64,000 bases of DNA from Candidatus Hydrogenedentota bacterium (lineage in GTDB: Bacteria > Hydrogenedentota > Hydrogenedentia > Hydrogenedentales > SLHB01), in NCBI GenBank assembly GCA_963674865.2, contig CAXXYE010000011.1:64001-128000 (forward strand), in the 5' to 3' direction. Of this stretch, positions 10,345 through 21,871 are shown piece by piece. The position numbers were made by a program, and so were the translations under genes. Below the pieces are notes generated by a model. The model did no database searches, was not told the origin of the DNA, and saw nothing but the letters and a program-made list of their open reading frames with translations. Every line of letters starts with the position of its first letter. Position 1 is the stretch's first letter.

Positions 10345-10989
10345 CTAGCCGCCGCAGCCGCATCCGGCCGGTTCACAGGCGGACTCGCAGCAGACGGGCG
10401 CACAGCAGGCGCGGGCAGCCATACGAGCTCGGAGGCGGGCGAAGATGCCACAGCGCGGCGTGCAGCACGGGTCGCAGCACGGGTCGCAGCAGGGCTCGCA
10501 GCAAGCGGGCTCACAGGCGGGCTCACAGGCAGGCTCACAAGCAGGCTCACAAGCCGGTTCGCAACAGGCGGGCTCGCAGCAGACGGGCGCACAGCATCTG
10601 CGAGCAGCGATACGGGCTCGGAGGCGGCTGAGGATGCCACAACGTGGCGTGCAGCAGGGGTCGCAGCAAGGCTCGCAGCAGGCGGGCTCACAGGCGGGCT
10701 CACAGGCGGGCTCACAGGCGGGTTCACAAGCCGGTTCGCAGCAGGCGGGCTCGCAGCAGACGGGCGCACAGCACATGCGAGCGGCACAACGGGCCTTCAG
10801 TCGGGCCAGAAGACCACAACGCGGCGGGCAACAGGGATCGCAGCAGGGCTCGCAACAGGCGGGCTCGCAGCAAGCGGGCTCACAACAGCCACCAAGTTTG
10901 CTGAACAGCCCGGCCTGGGCGTTTGTGGCGCTTACGGCAAACACCACAGCACTCGCGGCCATCACCGAGAGGAGGACACGACGCTTCAT
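10345..10989 (-). CDS. Secreted cysteine/proline-rich repeat protein
   Basis: SD (aaggag) before ATG 10989 and signal peptide ending AQA. (C)CEPA repeats alternate with basic 'RCG.L.RL.AR.AAR' segments in three modules. Confidence 0.85.
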   Translation of the reverse strand: MKRRVLLSVMAASAVVFAVSATNAQAGLFSKLGGCCEPACCEPACCEPCCDPCCPPRCGLLARLKARCAARMCCAPVCCEPACCEPACEPACEPACEPACEPACCEPCCDPCCTPRCGILSRLRARIAARRCCAPVCCEPACCEPACEPACEPACEPACEPACCEPCCDPCCDPCCTPRCGIFARLRARMAARACCAPVCCESACEPAGCGCGG

Positions 10990-11519
10990 GGGAGACACTC
11001 CTTGTTAGGAAGAACCAAGTGGAAGACTTACATAGTCTAAGGCAGCTACGTACTCTACTGCCAATCTAGCGAATGCTATCGACTCAGCGGGAAGCGTTTC
11101 TTTACCAGACGGCCTAGTTTCGCCATAGCTCTCAGATTATTCCGCCTGTTATGAGGGCAGTCACGATCACAATGACTATGTCGATGTTGACGATTCACGA
11201 CGCATCGGTGACTGATCGCCCTAGATAAGGCGGGAAACGGTGTTGGATTCGAGCGATCGCGATGCGGCGATCGTCGAGGAAGACTGGGCCGGCCGCGGAA
11301 ATGGTGCAGAATGCCTCGGCAATCGTGGTGCCGGGGAGGTATCCATGGACATCCGCTGGATGTATGAGCATGTTGCGTCCATCCTCCCAAAGGGCGATCC
11401 GGCAATCGCTATTGACCCCGGCGCGAGGTGATTCCTATACTTCCGATCCCGCGACAGTGCGTATGTAGGGAGACATGCGCCCAACAGTTCATTGCACAAC
11501 GGTTTACGGAGGAACCGAA

Positions 11520-13430
11520 ATGGCCCAACCCAATCCCACGACAACGCCCCCGCGTCCATCCCGTCGCCGACTGCCGGCAAGAGCCCTGCTGGTTGGCTTT
11601 CTTCTGATCGGTGGCTGTTTGGCCATCCGCTATTTCTGGCCCAGCGAGACGGCCAGCGCCGACTCGGCCAGGGCTTCGAGACCACCACGGACCACGGTCC
11701 AAGGCAGTCCCGCCGCCCAGCAGCCTTCAGGAGGAGTGCCCCAGATCGTAGCCAAGGTCAACGGGGAACCGATCCGGAGGAACGAGTTGGGCAACGAGTG
11801 CCTCAGGCACTATGGCAAAGACGTGCTGGAGCGAGTGGTCAACAAATTTCTCATCATGCAGGAGTGCCAGGCCCGGGGGATCACCGTCAGCAGGGCGGAA
11901 GTCAGCGCGGAAATTGAGCGGATGGCGACCAGTCTGGGTTCTTCGGTGGATCGCTTTCTGAAGATGATCGAGGAAAGGCGAGGCGTGGATCTCGATCAGT
12001 ACTCGGGGGACATAGTCTGGCCGTCGCTGGCGCTAAAGAAGTTGGCGGGCGACCGTTTGACGGTCAGCGCGGAAGAACTGCGAACGGAGCACGAGAAGCA
12101 GTTTGGCGCCGCGGTGCGGGCCAGAATGATCGTTTGCGAGACTCCCCAGACGGCCCAGTCGATTCATGCCCGGGCCCTCGCCAATCCGGACGATTTCGGA
12201 AATCTGGCCAAAAACGAATCGGTGGATTCTATCAGTGCTAGCGTAAAAGGTCTAATCAATCCGATTCGCAAGCACATGGGTTACGAAGAACTCGAGAAGG
12301 CGGCCTTCAGCCTCGAGGAGGGTCAGATCTCGCCCGTCGTCCAGGTGGCGGGACAATACGTGATTCTGAAGTGCGAGGGCCTGGTGCCGGCCCAATCGGT
12401 ATCGCTGGAACAGGCCAAGCCGATGTTGGAAGAGACGGTCAAGAGCCGGAAACTGGAAGCGGTCGCCAACGATGTGTTCGGCGAACTGCAGGCCCGCTCC
12501 AAGATTCTCAACGTTCTCAACGATCCGGTGGAGAGCGCCAAGAGACCGGGCGTCGCGGCCGTGATTAACGGCCATGAGATAACCCTGGGGGAACTGGCCG
12601 AGGTATGCATCGAGCGTCACGGTAACGTGGTCCTGGAAGGAATGATCAATCGTCGCTTGTTGGAACAGGCATGCCGCAAGGCGGAGATCTCGGTATCCGC
12701 GGCCGACGTCGACCGGGAGATAGCCAGGGTGGCGGCGGAGAACCTGCCCTTGACCGCCGCCGGAACACCCGACGTCGCCAAGTGGGTAAAACTGGTAACC
12801 GAGGAGCAGGGCGTATCGGAAGAGGTATACCGTCACGATTCGGTTTGGCCCTCGGTGGCGCTTCGCAAGCTGGTGGGCGACAAGGTGACGGTGACCGAGG
12901 ACGACCTCAAGCGAGGCTTCGAGGCCAACTACGGGCCGCGAGTCACCTGCCTGGCCATCGTCTTGAGCGACATGCGGCGGGCACAGGAGGTCTGGAAGAA
13001 AGCCAAGGATAACCCCAGTCGGGACTACTTCGGCGACTTGGCGGAAGAATATTCGGAAGAAACGGGCAGCCGGGCGCTGCGCGGCGAAGTCCCGCCGATC
13101 CAGAAGCATGGCGGGCAACCCGTTCTGGAGAAAGAGGCGTTCCAGTTGGCCGAGGGCGAGCTGTCGGGCGTGATCCAGGTCGGGACGGGCCAGTTCGTGA
13201 TTTTGCGGTGCGAGGGCCGGACCAACCCGGTGCCCGTGGAATTCGCCAAGGTCCGGGAAGCGATCCATGCCGACATTCATCAGAAGAAGCTCTGGTTGGC
13301 GATGGCCGACCGTTTCGAGCAGTTGCAGCGCGACGCGGCCGTAGACAACGTTCTGGCGGGCACGACGCGATCTCCGAAGCGATCGCCGGCGGTCCAACAG
13401 GCCAGTAGACCGGCGGCGAAGATTCGTTGA
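11520..13430 (+). CDS. Peptidyl-prolyl cis-trans isomerase (PrsA/SurA-like, duplicated parvulin modules), membrane-anchored
   Basis: SD ggagg and N-terminal TM helix. Two repeats of 'A.VNG..I', 'FG.LA...S.D', 'E.AAF.L.EG.IS.V'. Confidence 0.85.
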   Translation: MAQPNPTTTPPRPSRRRLPARALLVGFLLIGGCLAIRYFWPSETASADSARASRPPRTTVQGSPAAQQPSGGVPQIVAKVNGEPIRRNELGNECLRHYGKDVLERVVNKFLIMQECQARGITVSRAEVSAEIERMATSLGSSVDRFLKMIEERRGVDLDQYSGDIVWPSLALKKLAGDRLTVSAEELRTEHEKQFGAAVRARMIVCETPQTAQSIHARALANPDDFGNLAKNESVDSISASVKGLINPIRKHMGYEELEKAAFSLEEGQISPVVQVAGQYVILKCEGLVPAQSVSLEQAKPMLEETVKSRKLEAVANDVFGELQARSKILNVLNDPVESAKRPGVAAVINGHEITLGELAEVCIERHGNVVLEGMINRRLLEQACRKAEISVSAADVDREIARVAAENLPLTAAGTPDVAKWVKLVTEEQGVSEEVYRHDSVWPSVALRKLVGDKVTVTEDDLKRGFEANYGPRVTCLAIVLSDMRRAQEVWKKAKDNPSRDYFGDLAEEYSEETGSRALRGEVPPIQKHGGQPVLEKEAFQLAEGELSGVIQVGTGQFVILRCEGRTNPVPVEFAKVREAIHADIHQKKLWLAMADRFEQLQRDAAVDNVLAGTTRSPKRSPAVQQASRPAAKIR

Positions 13431-13479
13431 GGCAGTCGGGAAGCCGGTTGCTGTCTGCGGCAACACTTTGGCCGCCTGC

Positions 13480-13549
13480 CGTACGATGGGCCTTCGAGCC
13501 CGTCGAGGACCGCTATCCAAGATCGACGGGCTCGGAGGCCCATCGTACG
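13480..13549. repeat. REPIN-like inverted repeat (family A)
   Basis: CGTACGATGGGCCTTCGAGCCCGTCGA (13480-13506) versus TCGACGGGCTCGGAGGCCCATCGTACG (13523-13549): 27 bp arms, 1 mismatch, between convergent genes. Confidence 0.75.
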
Positions 13550-13584
13550 GGCAGGTTCACCACTTGGCTGAAGTGTTACCCCGA

Positions 13585-14394
13585 TTAGTCTTTCTTGGGC
13601 GTCCCGTAGAACTCCGAGATGTCGATCCCGCCTCGGAGTTCTTCCTCCAGCAGCTTGATTCGCATTTCCATGCGGTCCACGCGGCCCCGCAAGAGCGGCA
13701 ATAGACTCGCCTCGTCGTCGGGCGGTTTGGGCCTGGGCACGGACGGATATCCAAGGTGCCGGGCCAGCGCCGCGAAGAGAAACGCGGGGTTCTTGCGCCG
13801 ATTGGCCAGGGCGATTCTGCCTTCTCTCTCGCCGAACAAGACCGCTGCGTCGGGGTCGTCCGCTTTCCGTTTGTAGTAGTGGCTGCGGACGTAGATCATG
13901 TCGGCGAAGTCGATGATGCCGATCTGACGCCGCACGGTATCGAGCCATTCTCGCCAATCTTCGTTGTAGAGGGAGTCTCCGGCCATGGCGTCCAGCCCCG
14001 GATCGTAGCGAAGGCGGTTGCGGCAGAGAGTCTCGAACTGATAGAAGAAAAGCCCCTGTAAAGGCGCGCCCTCGGCCCGATACTCGGCCTCGTGCTCCAG
14101 GATCTCCAGGGCAATACGGAAATCGAAGCGGCCGGTCGATTCCTCGGCGGCTTGAATCACGTAAGTCTGAAAAGGCGAGAAGTAGTGGCTCAATCGGGCC
14201 ATCGCACTGGCAAACCCGCCGGTGGCCTTGAGTTCGGTGGCCATGAATTGCAGGGCCATCGGCAGTTTTGTCGTCGAAAGGACCTCGTGGCTGATACCGA
14301 TCAGCAGTTCCTGAGTCGACATGCCGTCCTGCATCCGCTCCCGCAGGGTGCGGTAGTAGTAGGCCTGTTCGACGTATTCCTCGGCATCCAGCAT
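13585..14394 (-). CDS. Conserved hypothetical protein (Planctomycete-type, helical)
   Basis: Intact ORF with coding-like composition, 'MLDAEEYVEQAY...HYFSPFQTYV...ANRRKNP'. Function not recognised; start could be 14415. Confidence 0.7.
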   Translation of the reverse strand: MLDAEEYVEQAYYYRTLRERMQDGMSTQELLIGISHEVLSTTKLPMALQFMATELKATGGFASAMARLSHYFSPFQTYVIQAAEESTGRFDFRIALEILEHEAEYRAEGAPLQGLFFYQFETLCRNRLRYDPGLDAMAGDSLYNEDWREWLDTVRRQIGIIDFADMIYVRSHYYKRKADDPDAAVLFGEREGRIALANRRKNPAFLFAALARHLGYPSVPRPKPPDDEASLLPLLRGRVDRMEMRIKLLEEELRGGIDISEFYGTPKKD

Positions 14395-14446
14395 CTTGTA
14401 AGTCCGCATTATCAAGAGTGTAGAATTTCAACTCAAAGGCGACACA

Positions 14447-14528
14447 ACACTAACCCGAAGCGCCAGCGAGGGAGAGCACGGAAGGAATCCAGTGATTTGT
14501 GTTCCTCGCTTGCGCTTCGGGTTGGTGT
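14447..14528. repeat. REPIN-like inverted repeat (family B, TAACCCGAAGCG...)
   Basis: ACACTAACCCGAAGCGCCAGCGAGGGA versus TTCCTCGCTTGCGCTTCGGGTTGGTGT. The left-arm start recurs at 34469-34482, next to the RAYT-like gene. Confidence 0.75.
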
Positions 14529-14579
14529 GCCGCGGGTCTCTTGGAACCGGCCATACGGGAGGTTTCCCTGTGAAGCCGT

Positions 14580-15974
14580 CTATTTGGGCATCTTCCGACC
14601 GGCTTTTTTGGCCATTTCGGCCACCTTGGCCACGGCGACTTTCTCCGCCTGGGGAGAAAAGAACCCGGCCTGGGGTATCAGGCCGCGGGTTTCGTAGCCG
14701 CCCTCTGAGATTATAGCGGCCGAGGGGAGATAGCCGAAGGTGTCGTTGGTGTAGGCGGCGATCCACAATTGTTGCGGTCCGACGGCCTGGCCGATCAGGG
14801 GAACGAAATCGGAGACCACTTCTCCGGACAATCCTACCAGTGTGAGGTCGTCGCCGAACTGCCAGAGCGCTATCGGGGCGAGATATTCTGTCAAGAGCGG
14901 CTTGCCTTCGTCCATGTCGGCCAGCATCCGTTGGGCGTTGTATTTCAGGTAGCCGGGGCCCTTGAGCATCACTTCAAGCTTCTCCCGGGGAACGGTTTCG
15001 AGGGGCAGCCTAACGCGATCCAGATCCACCCGTAGCGGCCCGCCGACCGGCTGCATTTTGCCGGTGGCCACGCGAACGACCTCGGCGGCCAACGATTGAC
15101 CGTTTTGCCGGGCGGCCTCAACCGTACCGCGGGGATAGGGGTTGGCCGCGCCGCCACAGCCGATAATGAACATCGCCCGGGCGCCGGGGAGTTGCTTCTC
15201 GATTTCCGCTTGGGCAAAGCCCGCATAGTCGCCGCAGAGCTGAAAACATTTGCCCGTCAGCGTGGTGTTGTGGCAGGCACAGCCGAAGATCAGGCCGCGG
15301 AGCTTGCCGTCGGGGGCATCGATTCGCAAGACCGGCACCACGTCGTCGATGTGTCCTTCGCGATTCACGCCCAGTTTGACGCCTCTGTCGGTGAATTCGC
15401 GGCGATTCATCACGATCTCGGTCTTGCCGCTCGCCCAGGAGAGCCTGGCCGGTTTCATGTCGGTGATCGCGGCGGCCGAGAGTTCGACCAGTTGCCCGAA
15501 GAGCCGCTCGGTGTAGTCGAGCGAGCGGCGCCGGTGAACGCCCTCCAGGCCATAATCGTTGAACTCGGGCAGAGCCAGCACCGGACCGGTATGCGTGTGT
15601 GAGGGGCAAAGCAGAATTTGCCGGCGAGCCAGGCCCGTCTTGGCGATGATTCTCTCGCAGAGGGCCTCGGCCACGGCACCTCGAAAACCGATCACGTCGG
15701 CGGTAATCAAGAGGGCGGGCCGGTCGCCACCGCTTGCGACTGCCATCGCCTTGGCGTGGAGATCGGCCAGCACACCCTCGGAGAGTTGTTTTCGCGAAGA
15801 GTAGCCGGCCATGCGGATTGGCTCGGTGGGCGTGATATTGGCGCTGGCCAGACCGATCCGCCAGTCCGATTCGGCCGCAATCGCGGGGGAGAGCGAGCTT
15901 GCGAGAAGCCCGACGGTCGCGGCTAGCATGGCAACTAGCCCAAGATGCGATCTACTTGCGGAGGTGCGGTGCAT
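14580..15974 (-). CDS. Neutral/alkaline ceramidase N-terminal-domain family hydrolase, exported
   Basis: 'ITPTEPIRMAGY', 'SHTHTGP', 'ACHNT', 'GCGGAANP', 'GYLPS....EGGYE'; signal peptide. Confidence 0.8.
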   Translation of the reverse strand: MHRTSASRSHLGLVAMLAATVGLLASSLSPAIAAESDWRIGLASANITPTEPIRMAGYSSRKQLSEGVLADLHAKAMAVASGGDRPALLITADVIGFRGAVAEALCERIIAKTGLARRQILLCPSHTHTGPVLALPEFNDYGLEGVHRRRSLDYTERLFGQLVELSAAAITDMKPARLSWASGKTEIVMNRREFTDRGVKLGVNREGHIDDVVPVLRIDAPDGKLRGLIFGCACHNTTLTGKCFQLCGDYAGFAQAEIEKQLPGARAMFIIGCGGAANPYPRGTVEAARQNGQSLAAEVVRVATGKMQPVGGPLRVDLDRVRLPLETVPREKLEVMLKGPGYLKYNAQRMLADMDEGKPLLTEYLAPIALWQFGDDLTLVGLSGEVVSDFVPLIGQAVGPQQLWIAAYTNDTFGYLPSAAIISEGGYETRGLIPQAGFFSPQAEKVAVAKVAEMAKKAGRKMPK

Positions 15975-16071
15975 TTTTTAGGCTCCAGATGGAGGAGGGA
16001 CTCGTCACAGAAGGTTGACTGGGAGATTTGACGACGCCACGCGCGGGAACAAGGTTGAGCGAGATTTCTCG

Positions 16072-17503
16072 CTACGATTTCTTGCCGGTCTTTTTGGAAC
16101 GGTCGCCGGGCCATCGATAGCCCTTCTGCAATTTCGTCGTAGTCAGCGAATAGAAGGGGTCGTTGTTCTTGCGAATCCAGCGATCTAGTTCGGCGGCCAG
16201 TTCCTGCTTGATTTTGGCACGGCTCGGATCGCCGGCCAGGTTCACGATTTCCTCGGGATCGTCGACCAGATCGTATAGCTCTTCGCCGTGGTCGATGTAG
16301 CGGTTGTACTTGAACTGGGCGGTGCGGATCATACGGATGGGGTTTACCCACTGCTGTTTGCTGTAGTATTGGCCGATCACGTAGTCTCGCCGGGGAGGGT
16401 TCTTGTCTCCCGTCAGAAGCGGCTTGAGGGAGATTCCGTCGGTGGGAATGGGGGCCAGACCGGCAAAATCGCGGATGGTGGGCACCAGATCCACGTTGAC
16501 CGCGTCATAATCCGCGATCCGTCCCCGCAGGCTGCCGCCGAAGGCCTTGGGCACGCGGACCATCAGCGGCACCCTCACCATGTGTTCGTACATGAAGGGG
16601 CCTTTGAAGATCAGGCGGTGATTGGTGTCCATGTCGCCATGATCGGAGCCGAGGATCACGATCGTATTCTCCGCCTGGCCGCTCTTTTCGATCGCCGCCA
16701 GCACGCGGCCCACGTAATCGTCGTAGAGGCGGACCTTGCGGCGATAGAAGTCGTGGTAGGCCTCCCAGACCGCCTGGGGATGCTTCCAGATTTTGCTTCC
16801 CTGGTCCCGGGTCATGAACTCCTTTTGAACCGGCGGCTTGTTCTCGAACGTCTCGCGGTGCCACGATTGGGCCAGCACCACGTCGCCGGGTGCTTTGTCC
16901 TTTTCGGGGTTGAAGTGGTAGACGTCGTGAGGATCGAGGTAGGAGACGATCAGCCCGAAAGGCCCCGTCTTGACGCGCTCCGATTCAAGGAACTCGACGG
17001 CCTTGTCGGTAGTGGCCGGGTCGCGCTGTTTGCGGGCTTCTTCGTCCCAGCCGGCGTTACCAGCCGGCTCGTTGCCCAGATGCCACTTGCCGAAGTATCC
17101 GGTGTAATAGCCGGCCTCCTGCAACATCGAGCCGATCGTCTTCATGCCCAGGTTGTCACCGCCGGCGGCCCCAATATTTCCCATCACGCCGGTCTTGCTG
17201 GGATACAGACCGGTCAGCATCGACGACCGGCTGGGCGAACACTGCGGCGTCGTGCAGAAAGCCCCGTTCGAAGAGTGCGGCGTCAGTGGCGAATTGGTCT
17301 TGGCTCGGGGTATCGAAGAATGGATCCACGCAACCCAGCGCCTGGTAGTGCTGCTGGTCCGACATGATGTAGACAAAGTTGGGGCGATCCCGGTCCGCCC
17401 AGCCGAGGGCGTTTGGTGTCGATCCCACGCCGGTCGAGAGAGCCCCCGCGCCGATTGCCGACGACCGCAGAAAATCACGCCGAGAGATATTGTCGGGACG
17501 CAT
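16072..17503 (-). CDS. Tat-exported sulfatase; one frameshift near 17262
   Basis: Tat motif 'SRRDFL' and 'PNFVYIMSDQQ' lie in ORF 17156..17548. 'CSPSR' FGly motif, 'GKWHLG' and 'SDHG' lie in ORF 16072..17478. Confidence 0.85.
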
Positions 17504-17509
17504 GTCTAT

Positions 17510-17551
17510 TCTCCACTCTCCACTCACCCCTCTCCACTCTCCACTCACCCC
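17510..17551. repeat. Tandem 2 x 21 bp repeat built of heptamers (TCTCCAC TCTCCAC TCACCCC)
   Basis: Exact duplication filling most of the spacer between the oxidoreductase stop and the sulfatase start. Confidence 0.8.
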
Positions 17552-18832
17552 TCATACGGATGCTTCCAAGGGCTCCCGGTACTCTCGTTTAAGCAGTTTG
17601 GCGGCCTCCGGATTGTCGATGATCTGTTCGGACGATTCTTCCCAGCGGACCACGCTACCGGTTTCCTGGGCGATCATCGCAAGCTGGACGGTGGCGGTGT
17701 GCTGCGGTAGGCGTCGTCGATTTGGCAGACGGGCTTGCGTCGCGTGCGGACGCATTCCAGGAAATCGGCCATGTGCAGGGTGCCGGCGTCGGTCTTGACT
17801 TCGTGTACCTCACGCTTGGCCTCCCGACCCTTCGGTATCACGACCCAACTCGAATCGGCCGCAAAAAACGGTGGCTTCGTCGCCGTAGAAGAGGATGCCG
17901 TTGTTGAGTTCGGGCGTGTACTCGGTGGCGCCCCAGAGCCGATGCCGCCAGACGACCGGACAGCGGTCGAACTCGAAATGCACGGTAAGCGTGTCGGGCG
18001 TAGTGATCTTGCCGGCGTACTGGTAGAGGCCGCCGGCCGCGACGATCTCCTTGGGCATCGAGAGGCCGAGCATCATCCGCGTGGCGTCGATCAAGTGAAT
18101 CCCCCAGTCGACCAGATGGCCGTGCCCGGAGGTCTTTTCGAGCCGCCAGCTCTTGTGTGAAACCTGTGGACTGTAGAGGATTTTGGGGCCCGGTCCGCAC
18201 CAGAGGTCCCAGTCGAGTTCCGGGGGCGGGTCTTGCGGGGTGTTGTCCTTGGTACCGGCGCGGTAGTGGATCTGGGCGTCGACCTGCACGATCTTGCCGG
18301 CCCCGCCCTCGGCGATGAATTTCTTGGCCTCGTTGAGAGCCTGATTCTGACGGCGTTGGAAACCGATCTGCACGACCGAGTCACTGGCGGCTGCGGCCTT
18401 GACCATCGCCCGGCCCTCGCGGATGTCGTAGGCCAGCGGTTTTTCGCAGTATACATCGAGGCCCTTTTTCAAGGCGGCGATGAAGATCAAGGCGTGCCAC
18501 TGGGGCGGTGTGCCGATGAATCACCGCGTCGAGTCCTTCGCTATCGATCAGTTCCTGGTAGAGCTTGAAGGTCTTGGGCCGAAGGTGCCTTGAAGTCTTT
18601 CGAGTTCGTCGGCCGCGTCGCTCAAATGCTTGCTATCGACGTCGCAGACGGCCGTGATCTTCGCGCCGCCGGCCGCTCAGGGCTGCCTTGGCGTCGACCA
18701 TGCCGTACCAGCCGACGCCGATGACTCCGATCTTGAGCAGTGCGGTTTTCGTCAGCCCCGCGGGCAGCCCGGCCCAGGGCCAGGGAACCGGCCGCGGCGG
18801 GTACCGATAAAAGTGCGTCGGTCGGTCTTCAT
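17552..18832 (-). CDS. Gfo/Idh/MocA family oxidoreductase (Tat-like signal); several frameshifts
   Basis: 'MKTDRRTFIG', 'KIGVIGVGWYG', 'DVYCEKP', 'VQIGFQRR', 'LVDWGIHLID' and C-terminal 'REYREP' are spread over ORFs 18633..18905, 17810..18490 and 17552..17755. Confidence 0.8.
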
Positions 18833-19055
18833 GGGACTCCTCCGAATGGGTCGTATTCTGTATGGGTGGTATTTGCGGAATCGAGCTGCGAGTGGGCGAA
18901 CTCATCTGAGACTACCCGGCGAGGGTGTTGACGTCAAGAAACCCAGAAGACTGGCCTTTGCCCTCGGTCTGCCTACAATATGGCCGGGCACCAGAAAGAG
19001 GCTCTTGGACCGTCCAGAAGCCGATCGCAGATCAAGATATAGGGAGGATACCGCC

Positions 19056-19948
19056 GTGAAGATCGCGTGCGCACTTACTGCTATGATGCTTGGGCTGTCG
19101 GGGGCGGGCGAGGCCGCGGGAGAGACGCGGTACGCGCGTCCGGAGCTTCTCTTGGAGCCGTCCGTGTTGGCCAAGCCTGAGGCGTCAAGGAAATTCGTGA
19201 TTCTGGATGTCCGTCCCCAGGACGAATACGTCCGAGGGCACGTGCCTAAGGCACACCGAGTGGATCACGACGCCTGGAAGAAGGCTTACGCCGAGGACAA
19301 GAGCTGCCAAGGGCTGGGGCAAGCGGATCGGCGAACTGGGCATCGGCCGCGACTCCGCAGTCGTGATCTACGACGACGAGGGAATGAAGGACGCCGCGCG
19401 GATCTGGTGGATTCTCAGAGTACTGGGGCGTGGAGGACGTGCGCTTGCTCAACGGCGGTTGGAAGGGCTGGAACGCTTCTGGACTGCGCACGAGCGGGTG
19501 GCCCTCGCCGCCTCCGGCTCGGGTCGAATTCGAGGCCGCGCCTCGATCCAAACGTCTGGCAACGATGGAGCTAAATCCTGGCTCGCCTGCAGGGCGACAA
19601 GCTTGCAAATCGTGGATGCCCGGTCCGACGACGAGTTTTTGCGGGATCGACAAGGAAGACAATAAGAAAGGGGGAGCCATCCCCGGGGCAAAGCACCTCG
19701 AATGGAGCGACCTGATCGATCAAGATACGCAGAGATTCAAGGGCGCCGATCAACTGCGCCAGCTGTTTGATGAAGCGGGTATCGATCTGAATCGGCCGAC
19801 CGCCAGTCACTGCAACGGCGGAGGTCGAGCCGCCGTGATGGCCTTCGGGCTGGAACTGATGGGGGCCAAGGAAGTCCGCAACTACTATCGCGGCTGGGGC
19901 GAATGGGGCAATTCGGACGATGCCCCGGTGATGGTGCCAAAAAAGTAG
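19056..19948 (+). CDS. Exported two-domain rhodanese/sulfurtransferase; frameshifted
   Basis: SD ggagg then GTG. 'ILDVRP..EY..GHVPKA', 'VVIYDD', 'DVRLLNGGWKGW', active loop 'HCNGGGRAA', 'YYRGWGEW'. Confidence 0.8.
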
Positions 19949-20030
19949 TGATAGGCTATAATCCGGTCGACGGAACAGTCTCGCGTTGCTAGCTTGCGCC
20001 ATTCTCGGACCCTCGCTCTGCGATGAGGGT

Positions 20031-21871
20031 GTGGATACTGCGGTCGACAAATCGGCGACCACGCGATTGAAGACGCGTTTCCCGCGACCGGAGGCTCCCG
20101 CCTCCGCAAGCTGGAGCATCGCTTTCTGCCGATTTTTGCGGCCCTGCTCGCGATGGCGCTGGCTTCATCGTCCCTGCAGAATGGGTTTATTCCGACTACT
20201 TCCACCGGGCAATCATGCTCGGCGGACCGTCGATTTTCTCGGCGGGCCGCAAGATGTTCCGCTTTCTGCGAGGCGACCCTGAACAGAATCACGCGGCGAT
20301 GGAGACCGGTTTCTTGCCCTTGGACCTATCCCGGCATCAAGGCGGAGTTCCTGCAGTTCCTCACCGTTCAGACGCACGTGCTGGACTATGCCCTCTGGCC
20401 GAACAGCCCCTCGCTTGATGCACTTCACAATCTCGTCTGGCTGGCCGTCTTGACGTTCATGGTCGGTCTATTCTACCGCCGCATCCTGGGCCCAACCTGG
20501 GTAGCCGGCCTGGCGACACTCCTCTTTGCGGTTGAAGACGCTCACGCCTTGCCGGCCGGATGGATCTGCAATCGCAACGTCCTCCTGGCAGCTACCTTTG
20601 GCATGGCTTGCGTTCTGGCGCACGACAGTTGGGCCCGGCGACGAAAGTTGCCGTGGTACCTGCTGGCGCTGGTTCTTTGGACGGCCAGTCTTTGCAGCAA
20701 GGAGGCGGGCATCGCCACCAGCGCGTTCGTGTTTGCCTACGTCGTCTGGTTGCAGGAAGATTCCTGGGGACGCAAATTCCTTACGCTCGTGCCCTACGGC
20801 GCGGTACTTGTTGTCTGGCGGATCATCCGCGACAGCCTCGGCTACGGCGTGCACGGCATCGGCCTCTACGTCGACCCTCTCGGCGACCCGTCGGGATTCG
20901 CGGCCTCGATGGTGAATTGGGCACCCGCGTTTCTGGCCGGACAATGGGCCCTGCCACCGGCGGACGTGTTCGCCTTCTTGCCTCCGCCGGTGGCCGTCCC
21001 GGTTTGGTGGTGGACCGTGATTCTACTGGCGCTCTTGGCCCTGTTGTTCTGGCCGCTTCTGCGAACCGATCGCGTGGCCCGGGCGTTCACCTGTGCGATG
21101 TTACTGGCCGTAATCCCGATTTGTGCCGGGTATCCCGACCAATCGCCTGCTGACGTTCACGGGCATTGCCGCCTTTGGATTGATGGCCCAGTTCGTCGAA
21201 TTCGCCTTCTCCGGAGAGAAATCCGGCCCACGCGGCACGATCTACAGCCGCGTGGCGAAGTTCGCGGCGGGCGTCTTGCTGGTTTTGCATCTCGGATTGG
21301 CACCGCTTGGCTTGTGGTATGCAGCGGGCAATACCGTTCGGGCCGCCGAAGGCAATGGGGGCGTTCTATCTGCCGACGGAACTGCCCGACGAAATCGTGA
21401 ACCAGGACCTGATCGTGGTCAATCCGCCCAGCCCTTTTCACGTCAGCTACTCCCTGATCATGGCCGAACTCGACGGTCGTCCAATACCCAGGCGGCTTCG
21501 TTGTCTGGCTACGGGCGTAACACCGATGACAATGCATCGCGAGGACGAACGAACGATCGTGATCCGGCCCCGGGCCGGTTTCATGGCCATGTTTTCTGTC
21601 ACGGCTAGTGCGAAGCGAGCGACACCCGATGCGCGTCGGCGAGAGAGTCGAATTGACCGGTCTCGGGATCGAGGTCCTGGAAGTACCCGCCAACGGAGAT
21701 CCCACCGCGGCCCGCTTCGAGTTCGACGTTCCGCTGGAAGATTCCTCGCTCCGCTGGCTTCGCTGGCGAGAAGGACGGTTCGAACCGTTCGCGCCCCCAC
21801 CTATCGGCGAGGAAACGACTCTTGTTCCGCCGCCGGGGAGGCGGATCTTGACCGGCGACTATCGGCCGTAG
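20031..21871 (+). CDS. Multi-pass membrane protein, GT-C/PMT-like glycosyltransferase candidate; frameshifted
   Basis: Many TM helices, 'LHNLVW', 'WICNRN', 'SKEAG'. Reading frame split over ORFs 19986, 20215, 20153, 21123, 21307 and 21608. Start uncertain. Confidence 0.55.

Noticed and set aside
10380..10890. CRISPR/VNTR or Gln-rich plus-strand ORF (10445..11008)
   Set aside because: The 12/15 bp periodicity is explained by the minus-strand Cys-rich protein, which has an SD and a signal peptide; the plus-strand ORF is its shadow.
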